Of a DNA stretch of 58,180 bases, positions 28,182 to 37,411 are shown piece by piece (positions within the stretch are counted from its first letter, which is position 1; every line of letters begins with the position of its first letter). Position numbers and translations under genes: made by a program. Origin of the DNA: an uncultured Clostridia bacterium (GTDB taxonomy: Bacteria; Bacillota; Clostridia; Oscillospirales; Acutalibacteraceae); NCBI GenBank assembly GCA_947305635.1, contig CAMZEG010000001.1:1-58180 (forward strand), written 5' to 3'. The notes below the pieces were generated by a model. It ran no database searches. It was given only the letters and a program-made list of their open reading frames with translations, and had not been told where the DNA came from.

Positions 28182-28879
28182 AGATCACAATGATCCACGG
28201 CCAAAACCACAAGGGCTCGACCTGGCACGCGGCGGACGAGCTGCTGAAGAACATCGGGGTAGAGCATGAAGTCACCGAGTTCTTTTTGCCGCGCGACCTC
28301 AAGCACTTCTGTCTGGGATGCTACGCCTGCGTGAAGGCCCGCGAACAATGTCCCTTCTGGGAAGACAAGGAAAAGGTCGACCGCGCCCTTCGGGAAGCGG
28401 ATCTGCTGATTTTGACGACGCCGAACTACTGCATGCTGCCCTCCGCGCCCATGAAGGCGTTCATCGACCTGTTCTTTACGAACTGGATGAGCCACAAGCC
28501 CTGTGAAGAGATGTTTACGAAGCGCGCCGTTGTCATTGCGACCACCGCCGGCGCAGGCGCGAAAAAAGCGACAAAACCGATCGCGAACATGCTGCTCTAC
28601 TGGGGCGTCCCGAAGGTCTATCAATACGGTCTTGCGGTCAACGCGACCAACTGGGCGACCATGCCGGAAAAGAAGAAGGCGATCCTTCTCAAAGATATGA
28701 AAGCGCTCGGCAGGAAGCTTTCGACCGAGACGAAGCCAAACATCGGTATCAAAACACGGTTCCTGTTCCGGATGATGGCGGGCATGCAGAAGAAGAACTG
28801 GGGCGCAGGTCCGGAAGAAAAAGCCTACTGGCAGGAAAAGGGCTGGCTGGACGGAAAGAAGCCTTGGAAAAAAGCCTGA
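28178..28879 (+). CDS. Flavodoxin-like / NAD(P)H-dependent FMN reductase family protein
   Basis: MKITMIHGQNHKGST.. and LILTTPNYCMLPSAPMKAFID. The start overlaps the upstream stop (ATGA). Confidence 0.75.
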   Translation: MKITMIHGQNHKGSTWHAADELLKNIGVEHEVTEFFLPRDLKHFCLGCYACVKAREQCPFWEDKEKVDRALREADLLILTTPNYCMLPSAPMKAFIDLFFTNWMSHKPCEEMFTKRAVVIATTAGAGAKKATKPIANMLLYWGVPKVYQYGLAVNATNWATMPEKKKAILLKDMKALGRKLSTETKPNIGIKTRFLFRMMAGMQKKNWGAGPEEKAYWQEKGWLDGKKPWKKA

Positions 28880-28965
28880 TTCCATCGGCAAACCGGAACG
28901 ATCCCCGAAAGAATAGCCCTGCAGCCCGAGGCTGCGCGATTTTCAGATAAAGCGAGGTTGCATCT

Positions 28966-30870
28966 ATGGTCTACTTATTCAGAAAGATTCTTGCGGCGCT
29001 TCTCTCATTCGTGTTATCCGTAACCGGCTTTGTTGCAAGGCCCCAAAAGCCGATGGCGGAGTTCTATGTGAGCGTTTACGGGAGCGACAGCAACACCGGA
29101 GCAAAAGACAGCCCGTTCGCTTCGCTCCAAAAGGCGCGCGACGAAGTCAGAAAAATCAACGGCAGCATGACCGGCGACATCGTCGTACATATCGCGGCGG
29201 GGATCTATACCCTGCAGGATACGCTCGCGTTCAACGAAAACGACGGCGCGACGAACGGCTACAAAATCCGGTACGTCGCGGACGGAAACGCCGTGCTCAG
29301 CGGCGGCGAAGTCCTTCCGGGGTTCACGCTCTTCGACAGCGAAAAGAACATCTACTGCGCGGCAGTGCCCGCGGGCGCCAATTTCCGCCAGCTCTATGTG
29401 GGCGACAAAAAGATGACCCGCGCCCGCACCGCAATCGACGGCTCGACCCGCATCGCCGGGGCGTCGAGGTTCCGCGCGGACGGCACCATGATTCCGGAAT
29501 GGTACAACAACTGGAGCGAAGAGACGCTGGAACAGGCGGACTACGGCGAAGTCTATCTGAACGCCGAGGAGTTCCCGGGATTTGAGAATCTCCAGAAGGT
29601 GGAACTCCATATCCTGACCGCCTGGGTCAAGAACGTGCTGCGCGTGAAAACGGCAAGAGAAAAAGACGGCATCGTGACCGTCCGGGTGCAGGACGAAGAG
29701 AGCAAACTGGTCTTCAACCGGATGCACCCGAACCTCGACGGCTATTTCCGCAACGACGATCAGCAGTTCGTCTACTATATCGAGAACGCCTATGAACTGA
29801 TCGACGAAGACAACGAGTGGTATTACGATGAGATCGCGGGGAAGGTCTATCTGAAAGTCCCCGCGGGTGAAGATATCTCCAAGGCGGAGGTCGTAATCCC
29901 GCGGCTGGAAACCCTTGTGCGGATCGAACCGGCGAACGGCAAACAGATTGCGAACCTCTCCTTTGAAGGGCTCACCTTCGCCTACAGCAACTGGACACTG
30001 CCGAGCGAGCAGGGTCTTGTCGACGTGCAGGCCGGCATGTTCGCGAACTACTGCATCTTCGCGACGAACGACGTCGGCGTGCGCCGCCCGCCCGCCGCGG
30101 TCTTTGCCGCAGGCACGGAGAACTTCACGATGCAGAACTGCGTGATCGAAAACGCCGGCGCGACGGGCCTTGACCTACTGCGCGGCACAAAGCATTCGTT
30201 GATCCGCGACTGTGTGATCCGCAACATCGCGGGCAACGGCATCACCGTGGGCAACTTCTGTGTGGACGAAAACACCGACATGCACGAGGTATACAACCCC
30301 GAAACGGACGAAAACGTCTGCGAGGGCGACTGGATCGTGAACAACCTTGTGACCGATATCGGCACGGACTATCAGGGCGCGGTCGCCATCGGCGCAGGCT
30401 ATCCGAGAGAGATCCTGATCGCGAACAACGAAGTCTGCAACGCGCCCTACACGGGCATCTCGGTCGGCTTCGGCTGGTCGGACAAAGAGAACTGCATGCG
30501 CGGCAACCGCATTCTCAACAACGAGATTCATGACACCAGTCAGGTGCTCTGCGACGCGGGCGCGATCTACACGCTGTCCGTGCAGCCCGACTCCGAAATC
30601 AGCGGCAACTATATCCATGACATCCACCTGCCCGAATGGGCGGACTACGCGACCAGCGGGATCTATATGGACGAACAGACCGCGGGCTACACCGTGAAGG
30701 ACAACGTGATCTATCACGCGTGGGGCGTCGGCAGAAACCGCAACGGCGAAGACAACTACGAAGAAAAGACGATCTATATCGACAAAGACCGCAACATCAA
30801 CGCGGCATGTATCAAGAAAAACGCGGGCATCAGCAAGTACTTTGACGCCTACGCGAAGCTGTTCTATTGA
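28966..30870 (+). CDS. Right-handed parallel beta-helix repeat protein, secreted (glycosidase/lyase-like)
   Basis: 634 aa with an N-terminal anchor. It starts FYVSVYGSDSNTGAKDSPFASLQKA and has repeated NxxI/GI(T/S)VG beta-helix turns. Confidence 0.7.
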   Translation: MVYLFRKILAALLSFVLSVTGFVARPQKPMAEFYVSVYGSDSNTGAKDSPFASLQKARDEVRKINGSMTGDIVVHIAAGIYTLQDTLAFNENDGATNGYKIRYVADGNAVLSGGEVLPGFTLFDSEKNIYCAAVPAGANFRQLYVGDKKMTRARTAIDGSTRIAGASRFRADGTMIPEWYNNWSEETLEQADYGEVYLNAEEFPGFENLQKVELHILTAWVKNVLRVKTAREKDGIVTVRVQDEESKLVFNRMHPNLDGYFRNDDQQFVYYIENAYELIDEDNEWYYDEIAGKVYLKVPAGEDISKAEVVIPRLETLVRIEPANGKQIANLSFEGLTFAYSNWTLPSEQGLVDVQAGMFANYCIFATNDVGVRRPPAAVFAAGTENFTMQNCVIENAGATGLDLLRGTKHSLIRDCVIRNIAGNGITVGNFCVDENTDMHEVYNPETDENVCEGDWIVNNLVTDIGTDYQGAVAIGAGYPREILIANNEVCNAPYTGISVGFGWSDKENCMRGNRILNNEIHDTSQVLCDAGAIYTLSVQPDSEISGNYIHDIHLPEWADYATSGIYMDEQTAGYTVKDNVIYHAWGVGRNRNGEDNYEEKTIYIDKDRNINAACIKKNAGISKYFDAYAKLFY

Positions 30871-30898
30871 GTACAAAACAAAACAGGGAGAAAAAAAC

Positions 30899-31960
30899 AT
30901 GAAAGACGCGACATACGAAGCCCTTCAGAAAAAGACCCTGGATTCCCTGACAAGAGTGGACAGAACCTTATGGATGATGGAATACTGCAGCTCCTACGGG
31001 CTGGACGCCCTTCTGGCGGCGGGTAAAACCTCGCTTTTGGGCGCGGTCTCGTTTTTGCAAAAAGAGATCCGGTTCCCGCATCTTTTCCCCGACCCGACGC
31101 ACGGCGGCTTTGCCTGCTCCACCTTCAACGCGAAAACGCCGGACGGCGACCCGATCCTCGCCCGCAATTTCGACTTCAAAGACGCGCCCTGCACCGTGGT
31201 CTGGACGCATCCCGAAAACGGCTACCGCAGCATGGCGGTCGCGGACAACACATTCTTCGCCTACGGGATCAAGCATATCCTGCTTGAAAAGCGGAAGACG
31301 CCGAAGCGCGTGATGGCGGCGCCCTACGCCTCCATGGACGGCGTCAACGAAAAGGGACTCGCCTGCGCCGTGCTGGAGATCAAAGCGAAGCCGACGAAGC
31401 AGCAGACAGGCAAAACGCCGATCATGACCATGGTCGCCATCCGCGCCATCCTTGACAAATGCGCCACGGTCAACGAAGCGGTCGCGCTTTTGCGCCGATA
31501 CGATATGCGCGATCTGCTCGGCGTGAACTATCACTATCATATCGCCGACGCCTCCGGCAAAAGCGTGCTCATTGAATATGTCAACAACGAGATGTACGTC
31601 ATTGAGCAGACGTCTGACGGCGCGGCGCAGGCTCTGACGAACTTCTTTTTGACCCCCGGCGGCGACAATAAGCGCGAGATGGGGCGCGACCGCTACAACA
31701 ATATCTCCTGCGCGCTTGCAAATACGGGCGGTATCATGACCGAAGCCGAAGCGATGCAGGTGCTTTCCGAAAACAAGGTGAGCTATCATCACGAATGGAT
31801 GCCGCACATGGTCTATACGCTGTGGAGCAACGTGTTCAATCTCGCGGACCGCAGCATGATCCTTTGCGCCGGGATGGACTACACAAAGACCTACCGCTTT
31901 TGTCTCGACGCCCCCTGCAAAGCGGAACTGCTGCCCGCGGCCGAAGACACAGCAAAATAA
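30899..31960 (+). CDS. Linear amide C-N hydrolase (choloylglycine hydrolase / penicillin V acylase family Ntn hydrolase) with a ~72-aa pro-region
   Basis: Cys73-STF...(16 residues)...RNFDF reproduces the Cys2...Arg18..Asp21 spacing of bile salt hydrolases. A GGGAG RBS precedes ATG 30899. Confidence 0.7.
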   Translation: MKDATYEALQKKTLDSLTRVDRTLWMMEYCSSYGLDALLAAGKTSLLGAVSFLQKEIRFPHLFPDPTHGGFACSTFNAKTPDGDPILARNFDFKDAPCTVVWTHPENGYRSMAVADNTFFAYGIKHILLEKRKTPKRVMAAPYASMDGVNEKGLACAVLEIKAKPTKQQTGKTPIMTMVAIRAILDKCATVNEAVALLRRYDMRDLLGVNYHYHIADASGKSVLIEYVNNEMYVIEQTSDGAAQALTNFFLTPGGDNKREMGRDRYNNISCALANTGGIMTEAEAMQVLSENKVSYHHEWMPHMVYTLWSNVFNLADRSMILCAGMDYTKTYRFCLDAPCKAELLPAAEDTAK

Positions 31961-31991
31961 AGGACAAATCCCGGCAACGAGGTGAAGCTGC

Positions 31992-34349
31992 ATGAATAAA
32001 GTCATCTCTTTTTTAATGGCGGCGCTTGCGTTCGTTTCCGCGTGGTTCGGCGGCAAGCAGCCCGGCTTCCAAAATGAATACACCGTGCCCGAAACGCCCG
32101 CGCCCTACACGCAGCTCGACACGGCGCCGAAAACCGACTGGACGGCGAAGGTGATCTGGGATGGCTCCGACGGGAACGAAGAGAACGTGTGGATGTGCTT
32201 TCGCAAGACGGTCGAGCTTACTGAAGCGCCCGAAGCGCTGACGGCGTACCTCTTTGCCGATTCCAGATACTGGCTGTATATCAACGGGGAGCCTGTGGTC
32301 TTCGAAGGCGGCGTCAAGCGCGGCCCGACGGCGGACGACAGCTACTATGATACTGTTGAGATCGGCGCCTACCTGAAGCCCGGCAAAAACGTCATTGCCG
32401 CGCTGGTCTGGTATTGGGGCAAGGACGTGAGCTTTTCCAGCACGGACAGCGGCAAGGCGGGCTTCCTTTTTGAAGCGGGCGCCATTCTTTCCGACAAGAA
32501 CTGGAAGGTGTGCCGCAACACGGCGTACCGAAACGACAGCAAAGCGGTGAACCCCAACTACCGCCTGCCCGAATCCGGCATCTACTACGACGCGCGGCAG
32601 GAACCCGGCGACTGGATCGCCCCGGATTTCGACGACAGCGCCTGGGAAACCGCAACAGAAAACGGAACGGGCGGCTGCGCCCCTTGGGGACAGCTTTATC
32701 CGCGCGGCATTCCCCTGCTCAAAGATTACGGGCTGAAAAACTACGAGAATTCGGACAAATACACCGGCCGCAAAACGAAGATCAAACGCATCCTCACGCT
32801 GGATCTTCCGTATAACGCGCAGTGCACGCCGTATCTCAAAATCGAGGCGAAGGCGGGTAAAAAGATCCGGATCGTCACAGAGAACACCTGGATCGGCGCG
32901 GTCAGCGATCTCTATATCACGAAAGACGGCGAACAGGAATTCGAGGCGCTCGGCTGGTTCAACGGGCAGCACATCACCTATGTGATCCCGGCGGGGGTCA
33001 AGATCCTTGCGCTCAAATACCGGGAGACCGGCTATGACACGGCGTTTTCCGGCTCGTTCGAAAGCGAAAACGACCGGCTGAACACGCTTTGGCAAAAGTC
33101 GCTGCGCACCCTGTACGTCACGATGCGCGACAACTTCATGGACTGCCCGGACAGAGAGCGGGCGCAGTGGTGGGGCGACGTGACGAACGAAATGGCGATG
33201 TCGATGTACGCGCTCGACGCGAACGCGTATCTGCTGTATCAGAAAGGCGTCGCTTCCATGCTCGGGCACATCGACCCCGAGACGAACATATTGCAGACCG
33301 TCGTGCCGATCGGCGGACGGTTCTTTGAGCTTCCCGTGCAGCAGCTGGCGGGCATCTGCGGCTTCTGGACGTACTACCTTTACACGGGCGACCGCGACTT
33401 TCTGGCGCAGGTCTACGACGCGTCGGTCAACTATGTGAACCTCTGGACAATCGGAGGCGATCATCTGGTCGAGCACCGCACCGGCTCGTGGGACTGGATG
33501 GACTGGGGCAGGAAAGCGGATAAAACCGCGATTGAAAACGCGTGGTACTACTATGCGCTTTCCTCGATCCAAAACATGGCGGCAGTCCTCGGCAAAAGCA
33601 GCGATGACATCGCAGCAAGAATGGCCGAGATCAAGACCGGCTACGCTTCGCTCTGGACGGACAAGGGCTACTGCAGCGCCGACGTCCGCCACCCCGACGA
33701 CCGGGCAAACGCGCTGGCCGTCCTTTCGGGCTTGGCGGAGGAAGCGCAGTACGACGTCATCACGTCTGTGCTGACAAAGACAAAGAACGCGAGCCCCTAT
33801 ATGGAGTTCTATGTGCTGGAAGCGCTCTGTCAGATGGAGCGGTACGACGCGGCAAAGACCAGAATGCTGCAGCGGTACAAAAAGATGATCGAAGCGGACG
33901 ACACCACCCTTTGGGAAAAGTGGTCGAAGCTCACCGGCACGCGCAATCATGCGTGGTCGGGCGGGCCGCTGGTCATCATGAGCAAGTACTTCGCAGGCGT
34001 CCGGCCGACAGAGGCGGGCGATGAGACGTTTCTCATCAAGCCGCAGCTGACCGAGCCAGACACCGTCAACTGTGTCGTCCCGTCCGTCAAGGGCTATATT
34101 CGCGTCACCGCGCGCAAAACCAACGATTCGTTTACACTCGACGCGGTCGTGCCGAGCAGCACCACGGCGCTCATCTATGTGCCGTACACCGACGGACAGA
34201 CCGTGAAGCTGGACGGTCAGGTGATCTACCAAAACAACCAGTTTGCGGAAACTGACGGCATCGCGTTTGCGGAAGCCGCCGACGGCTTTCTCGTGTTCAC
34301 GGTCAAGGCCGCCGCGGAAACACAGCTGCATTTTGAAGCGACCAACTGA
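31992..34349 (+). CDS. GH78-like alpha-L-rhamnosidase family protein, secreted
   Basis: 785 aa with a signal peptide. The central MRDNFMDCPDRERAQWWGD and the six-hairpin region resemble rhamnosidases. Confidence 0.7.
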   Translation: MNKVISFLMAALAFVSAWFGGKQPGFQNEYTVPETPAPYTQLDTAPKTDWTAKVIWDGSDGNEENVWMCFRKTVELTEAPEALTAYLFADSRYWLYINGEPVVFEGGVKRGPTADDSYYDTVEIGAYLKPGKNVIAALVWYWGKDVSFSSTDSGKAGFLFEAGAILSDKNWKVCRNTAYRNDSKAVNPNYRLPESGIYYDARQEPGDWIAPDFDDSAWETATENGTGGCAPWGQLYPRGIPLLKDYGLKNYENSDKYTGRKTKIKRILTLDLPYNAQCTPYLKIEAKAGKKIRIVTENTWIGAVSDLYITKDGEQEFEALGWFNGQHITYVIPAGVKILALKYRETGYDTAFSGSFESENDRLNTLWQKSLRTLYVTMRDNFMDCPDRERAQWWGDVTNEMAMSMYALDANAYLLYQKGVASMLGHIDPETNILQTVVPIGGRFFELPVQQLAGICGFWTYYLYTGDRDFLAQVYDASVNYVNLWTIGGDHLVEHRTGSWDWMDWGRKADKTAIENAWYYYALSSIQNMAAVLGKSSDDIAARMAEIKTGYASLWTDKGYCSADVRHPDDRANALAVLSGLAEEAQYDVITSVLTKTKNASPYMEFYVLEALCQMERYDAAKTRMLQRYKKMIEADDTTLWEKWSKLTGTRNHAWSGGPLVIMSKYFAGVRPTEAGDETFLIKPQLTEPDTVNCVVPSVKGYIRVTARKTNDSFTLDAVVPSSTTALIYVPYTDGQTVKLDGQVIYQNNQFAETDGIAFAEAADGFLVFTVKAAAETQLHFEATN

Positions 34350-34373
34350 TTACACATAAACGGAGGAAATGTT

Positions 34374-34994
34374 ATGAATACTGCGACAGATAAGCTCCTG
34401 TATCAGGGGCACGGCAGCCTGCGAATCACGACCGCCGAAGGAAAGGTGATCTATATTGACCCCTATGCCGGCGGCGGCTATGAACCGGCCGCGGATCTGA
34501 TTTTGATCACGCACGGGCACTTTGACCACACGGACACCGACAAGATCAAGCGCCGCAATCCCGGCTGCCGCGTCATCACGTGGAAGGAAGCGCTCGCGGG
34601 CGGCAGACACAACGTCTTCGACCTCGGCTTTGTGACAGTCGAAGCCGTGGAGGCGGGCTGCAACCGCAACCATAACGTGAAAGAATGCGTGGGCTATGTT
34701 CTCACGCTGCCGGGCGGCGTCTCGGTTTACGCCGCGGGCGACACGAGCGAAACGAAGCAGATGGCAACGCTCGCGGAAAAGGGTATCGACTACGCCCTCT
34801 TCTGCTGCGACGGCGTGTACAACATGGATCTTGCCGAGGCGGCGCGCTGCGCCATGCTCGTCGGCGCGAAGCGCAATATCCCCTATCACATGGCGCCGGG
34901 CAAGCTCTTTGACCGCGCCCGCGCCGAACAGTTCGACGCCCCCGGCCGCCTGATCGTTGCCGACGGAGAAGAGATCGAACTAAGAAAGCAGTAA
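34374..34994 (+). CDS. MBL-fold metallo-hydrolase
   Basis: Contains the ITHGHFDH motif. GGAGG RBS present. Confidence 0.85.
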   Translation: MNTATDKLLYQGHGSLRITTAEGKVIYIDPYAGGGYEPAADLILITHGHFDHTDTDKIKRRNPGCRVITWKEALAGGRHNVFDLGFVTVEAVEAGCNRNHNVKECVGYVLTLPGGVSVYAAGDTSETKQMATLAEKGIDYALFCCDGVYNMDLAEAARCAMLVGAKRNIPYHMAPGKLFDRARAEQFDAPGRLIVADGEEIELRKQ

Positions 34995-35011
34995 AGAACG
35001 AGGAAACGGAC

Positions 35012-35800
35012 ATGAGCACCAGAGAAGAAATCCTGCGCGGCTTTTACGGCCAGTATGACGAAGACGACCGCACGACGCGGTCGCGGCACGGTCAGCTGGA
35101 ATACCGCACGACAATGGCCTACATCCACCGTTACGCGACCGGACAGTCGAAGGTTCTTGAGGTCGGCGCCGGAACCGGGCGGTACTCCATTGCCCTCGCC
35201 AAAGAAGGCATGGATGTGACGGCGATTGAACTGGTCGAAAGCAACCTCGCCGTTCTCCGGGAAAACGGCAAAGGGCTGGAGAACCTGCAGTCGTTCCGGG
35301 GGGACGCAACGGATCTCAGCCGGTTTGCGGACAACACGTTTGACGTCACGCTGTGCTTCGGCCCGATGTATCATCTGTATGAAGAGAACGAAGTGCACCG
35401 CGCCATCGACGAAGCGATCCGGGTCACGAAACCCGGCGGCGTCCTGCTGTTCGCTTTCATCTCCGTGTTTGCCATCATGTACGCCAACTATTTCTACGGC
35501 GGCTGGGCAGACGGACAGGCGTTGAACTTCACGAAAGACTATCGGGTCAGGCATTTCAAAGAGCAGCTCTTCACCGGCTACGACGTCACGGAGTTTGAAG
35601 CGCTGTTTCAAAAGAAGCCGGTCGCATGGATCACCACAACGGGCGTGGACGGCCTGTTGGAGCCCATTGAACAGCGCCCGGACTTCTCCTTGTCGGACGC
35701 GGATTTTGAAGCGCTGGCCGATTGGTATCTGGCTTTTTCCGAAAAGCGGGAGCTGCTGGGCAACACCAACCATCTTTTGTACATTTGCCGGAAGGAATAA
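35012..35800 (+). CDS. Class I SAM-dependent methyltransferase
   Basis: VLEVGAGTGRYS motif I and a later acidic-loop motif. Confidence 0.85.
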   Translation: MSTREEILRGFYGQYDEDDRTTRSRHGQLEYRTTMAYIHRYATGQSKVLEVGAGTGRYSIALAKEGMDVTAIELVESNLAVLRENGKGLENLQSFRGDATDLSRFADNTFDVTLCFGPMYHLYEENEVHRAIDEAIRVTKPGGVLLFAFISVFAIMYANYFYGGWADGQALNFTKDYRVRHFKEQLFTGYDVTEFEALFQKKPVAWITTTGVDGLLEPIEQRPDFSLSDADFEALADWYLAFSEKRELLGNTNHLLYICRKE

Positions 35801-35890
35801 GCGAATCCCGGTTTGTCGGGATGATTCAGAATAGAAACGCACAAATCAGGATTTGAGAAAAAAACAATATGGAACAGGAGTGTGCCAACG

Positions 35891-37030
35891 ATGGAAAAGC
35901 AAAACAATGACATCGCCGTTCTGGCTGCAAACAGAGAGAAAACAATCGTCAGGGTCAGCATTACCGGCATTGTCACGAACCTGCTGCTTGTCGCGTTCAA
36001 AGCGTTTGTGGGTCTGGTGTCAAACTCGATCGCCGTGATCCTTGACGCGGTCAACAATCTGTCCGACGCGCTGTCCTCTGTGGTCACGATCATCGGCGCG
36101 AAGCTCGGCGCAAAACAGCCGGACAAAAAGCATCCGCTCGGTTACGGCAGAATCGAGTACATCAGTTCGATGATCGTCGCCGCGCTCGTGCTTTACGCCG
36201 GCATCACTTCCCTTGTGGAATCGGTGAAGAAAATCATCCACCCGGAAGCGGCCGATTACACGACGATCTCCCTCATCATCATTTCCGTCGCAATCGTCGT
36301 CAAGCTGATCCTCGGCCTGTATGTGAAAAAGCAAGGCGCGAAAGTCAACTCCGGCGCGCTGACCGCGTCCGGCTCCGACGCGCTGTTTGACGCCATTCTT
36401 TCATTTTCGGTGCTTGCATCGGCAGTCGTTTTCCTGATCTGGGGCATCTCGCTTGAGGCATACGTCGGTGTCGTGATCGCCTGCTTCATCATCAAAGCCG
36501 GAATTGAGATGATGATCGAAACGTTGAACGACATCATCGGCAAGCGCGAGGACGCCGAGACGGTGCGTGAGCTGAAAGAGATCATCTGCGCAGACGAAAA
36601 CGTACTCGGCGCCTATGACATTACGATTTTCAACTACGGGCCGAACAAAAATTACGGCTCGGTACACCTGGAACTGCCGGACACGCTGAATGTGGACGAT
36701 GTGGACCGGATCACCCGCAAGATTCAAACCGACGTTTACCGTAAGACCGGCATTATTCTGACCGGCATCGGCGTGTATTCCTATAACACCTCCGATGACG
36801 CCGCCGCCCACATGCGCAACGAGATCCAGAAAACCGTTATGTCGCACGACTGGGCGCTGCAGATGCACGGGTTTTACGCCGATATCGAAAAGAAAACCAT
36901 TCGCTTCGATGTGGTCGTCAGCTTTGACGTCGACCGGAAGGAAGCGATCGAATCTCTTTACGGCGAGATCTCTCGGTTGTATCCGGATTATGATTTACTC
37001 ATCATCCCGGACGTGGATGTCGCCGATTGA
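35891..37030 (+). CDS. Cation diffusion facilitator (CDF) family transporter
   Basis: Six TM segments, DALSSVV.. and HPLGYGRIEY motifs, and a C-terminal cytoplasmic domain. Confidence 0.9.
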   Translation: MEKQNNDIAVLAANREKTIVRVSITGIVTNLLLVAFKAFVGLVSNSIAVILDAVNNLSDALSSVVTIIGAKLGAKQPDKKHPLGYGRIEYISSMIVAALVLYAGITSLVESVKKIIHPEAADYTTISLIIISVAIVVKLILGLYVKKQGAKVNSGALTASGSDALFDAILSFSVLASAVVFLIWGISLEAYVGVVIACFIIKAGIEMMIETLNDIIGKREDAETVRELKEIICADENVLGAYDITIFNYGPNKNYGSVHLELPDTLNVDDVDRITRKIQTDVYRKTGIILTGIGVYSYNTSDDAAAHMRNEIQKTVMSHDWALQMHGFYADIEKKTIRFDVVVSFDVDRKEAIESLYGEISRLYPDYDLLIIPDVDVAD

Positions 37031-37105
37031 AAAAAGCGACTTTGCTTACGTCCGATGATAAGAACGGCAACCCTTCAGCGGCATTCTCAAAGGAGGATAT
37101 TGAGC

Positions 37106-37393
37106 ATGAAAAAGCAAATGCGCAGACTGCTTTGCGCGGTTTTAATCCTTTCCTTGTTTACAGCCTGTTTCACGTTCCCCTCTCAGGCTGCGGACGCCTA
37201 TCAGGCCGAAACGACGCGGGAATCGGCTTTGGTCTTTTTGGAAGACCTTTGGGGAAAGATCGTCGACACCTTCGACCGTCTCATCTTCTTTTTCGCTTCT
37301 CTGAAGCGGGAAGACGGGAGCGCGGCAGTCAAAGCCGGCGCCATGTCTTTTGTTGCAAAAGGCTTTGAAAGCAAAGACAAAGACGTATTTTAA
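37106..37393 (+). CDS. Small secreted hypothetical protein
   Basis: 95 aa. AAGGAGG RBS, signal peptide MKKQMRRLLCAVLILSLFTACFTFPSQA. Confidence 0.45.
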   Translation: MKKQMRRLLCAVLILSLFTACFTFPSQAADAYQAETTRESALVFLEDLWGKIVDTFDRLIFFFASLKREDGSAAVKAGAMSFVAKGFESKDKDVF

Positions 37394-37411
37394 ATTACAG
37401 GCGGCTTTTCC

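Noticed and set aside
32013-34331. 772-aa ORF antisense to the GH78-like gene. Similar long antisense ORFs occur at 1189-2154, 3923-4942, 5074-6318, 6372-7943, 7942-9636, 9791-11251, 11957-13546, 13483-14541, 15884-17926, 18035-19081, 24064-25473, 30968-32083, 41199-42305, 42321-43412, 46646-48292, 48449-49777 and 50873-52036.
   Set aside because: All mirror a confidently identified gene on the other strand. They have Arg/Gly/Val-biased, motif-free translations and lack ribosome binding sites. Stop-codon-poor antisense frames are expected in GC-rich DNA.
35801-35890. Possible metal-sensing riboswitch (NiCo/czcD-type) upstream of the CDF transporter. The short leader of azlCD (617-674) was considered in the same way.
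   Set aside because: The leaders are short, and I cannot identify the conserved cores of known riboswitch classes by eye. Covariance-model searches would be needed.
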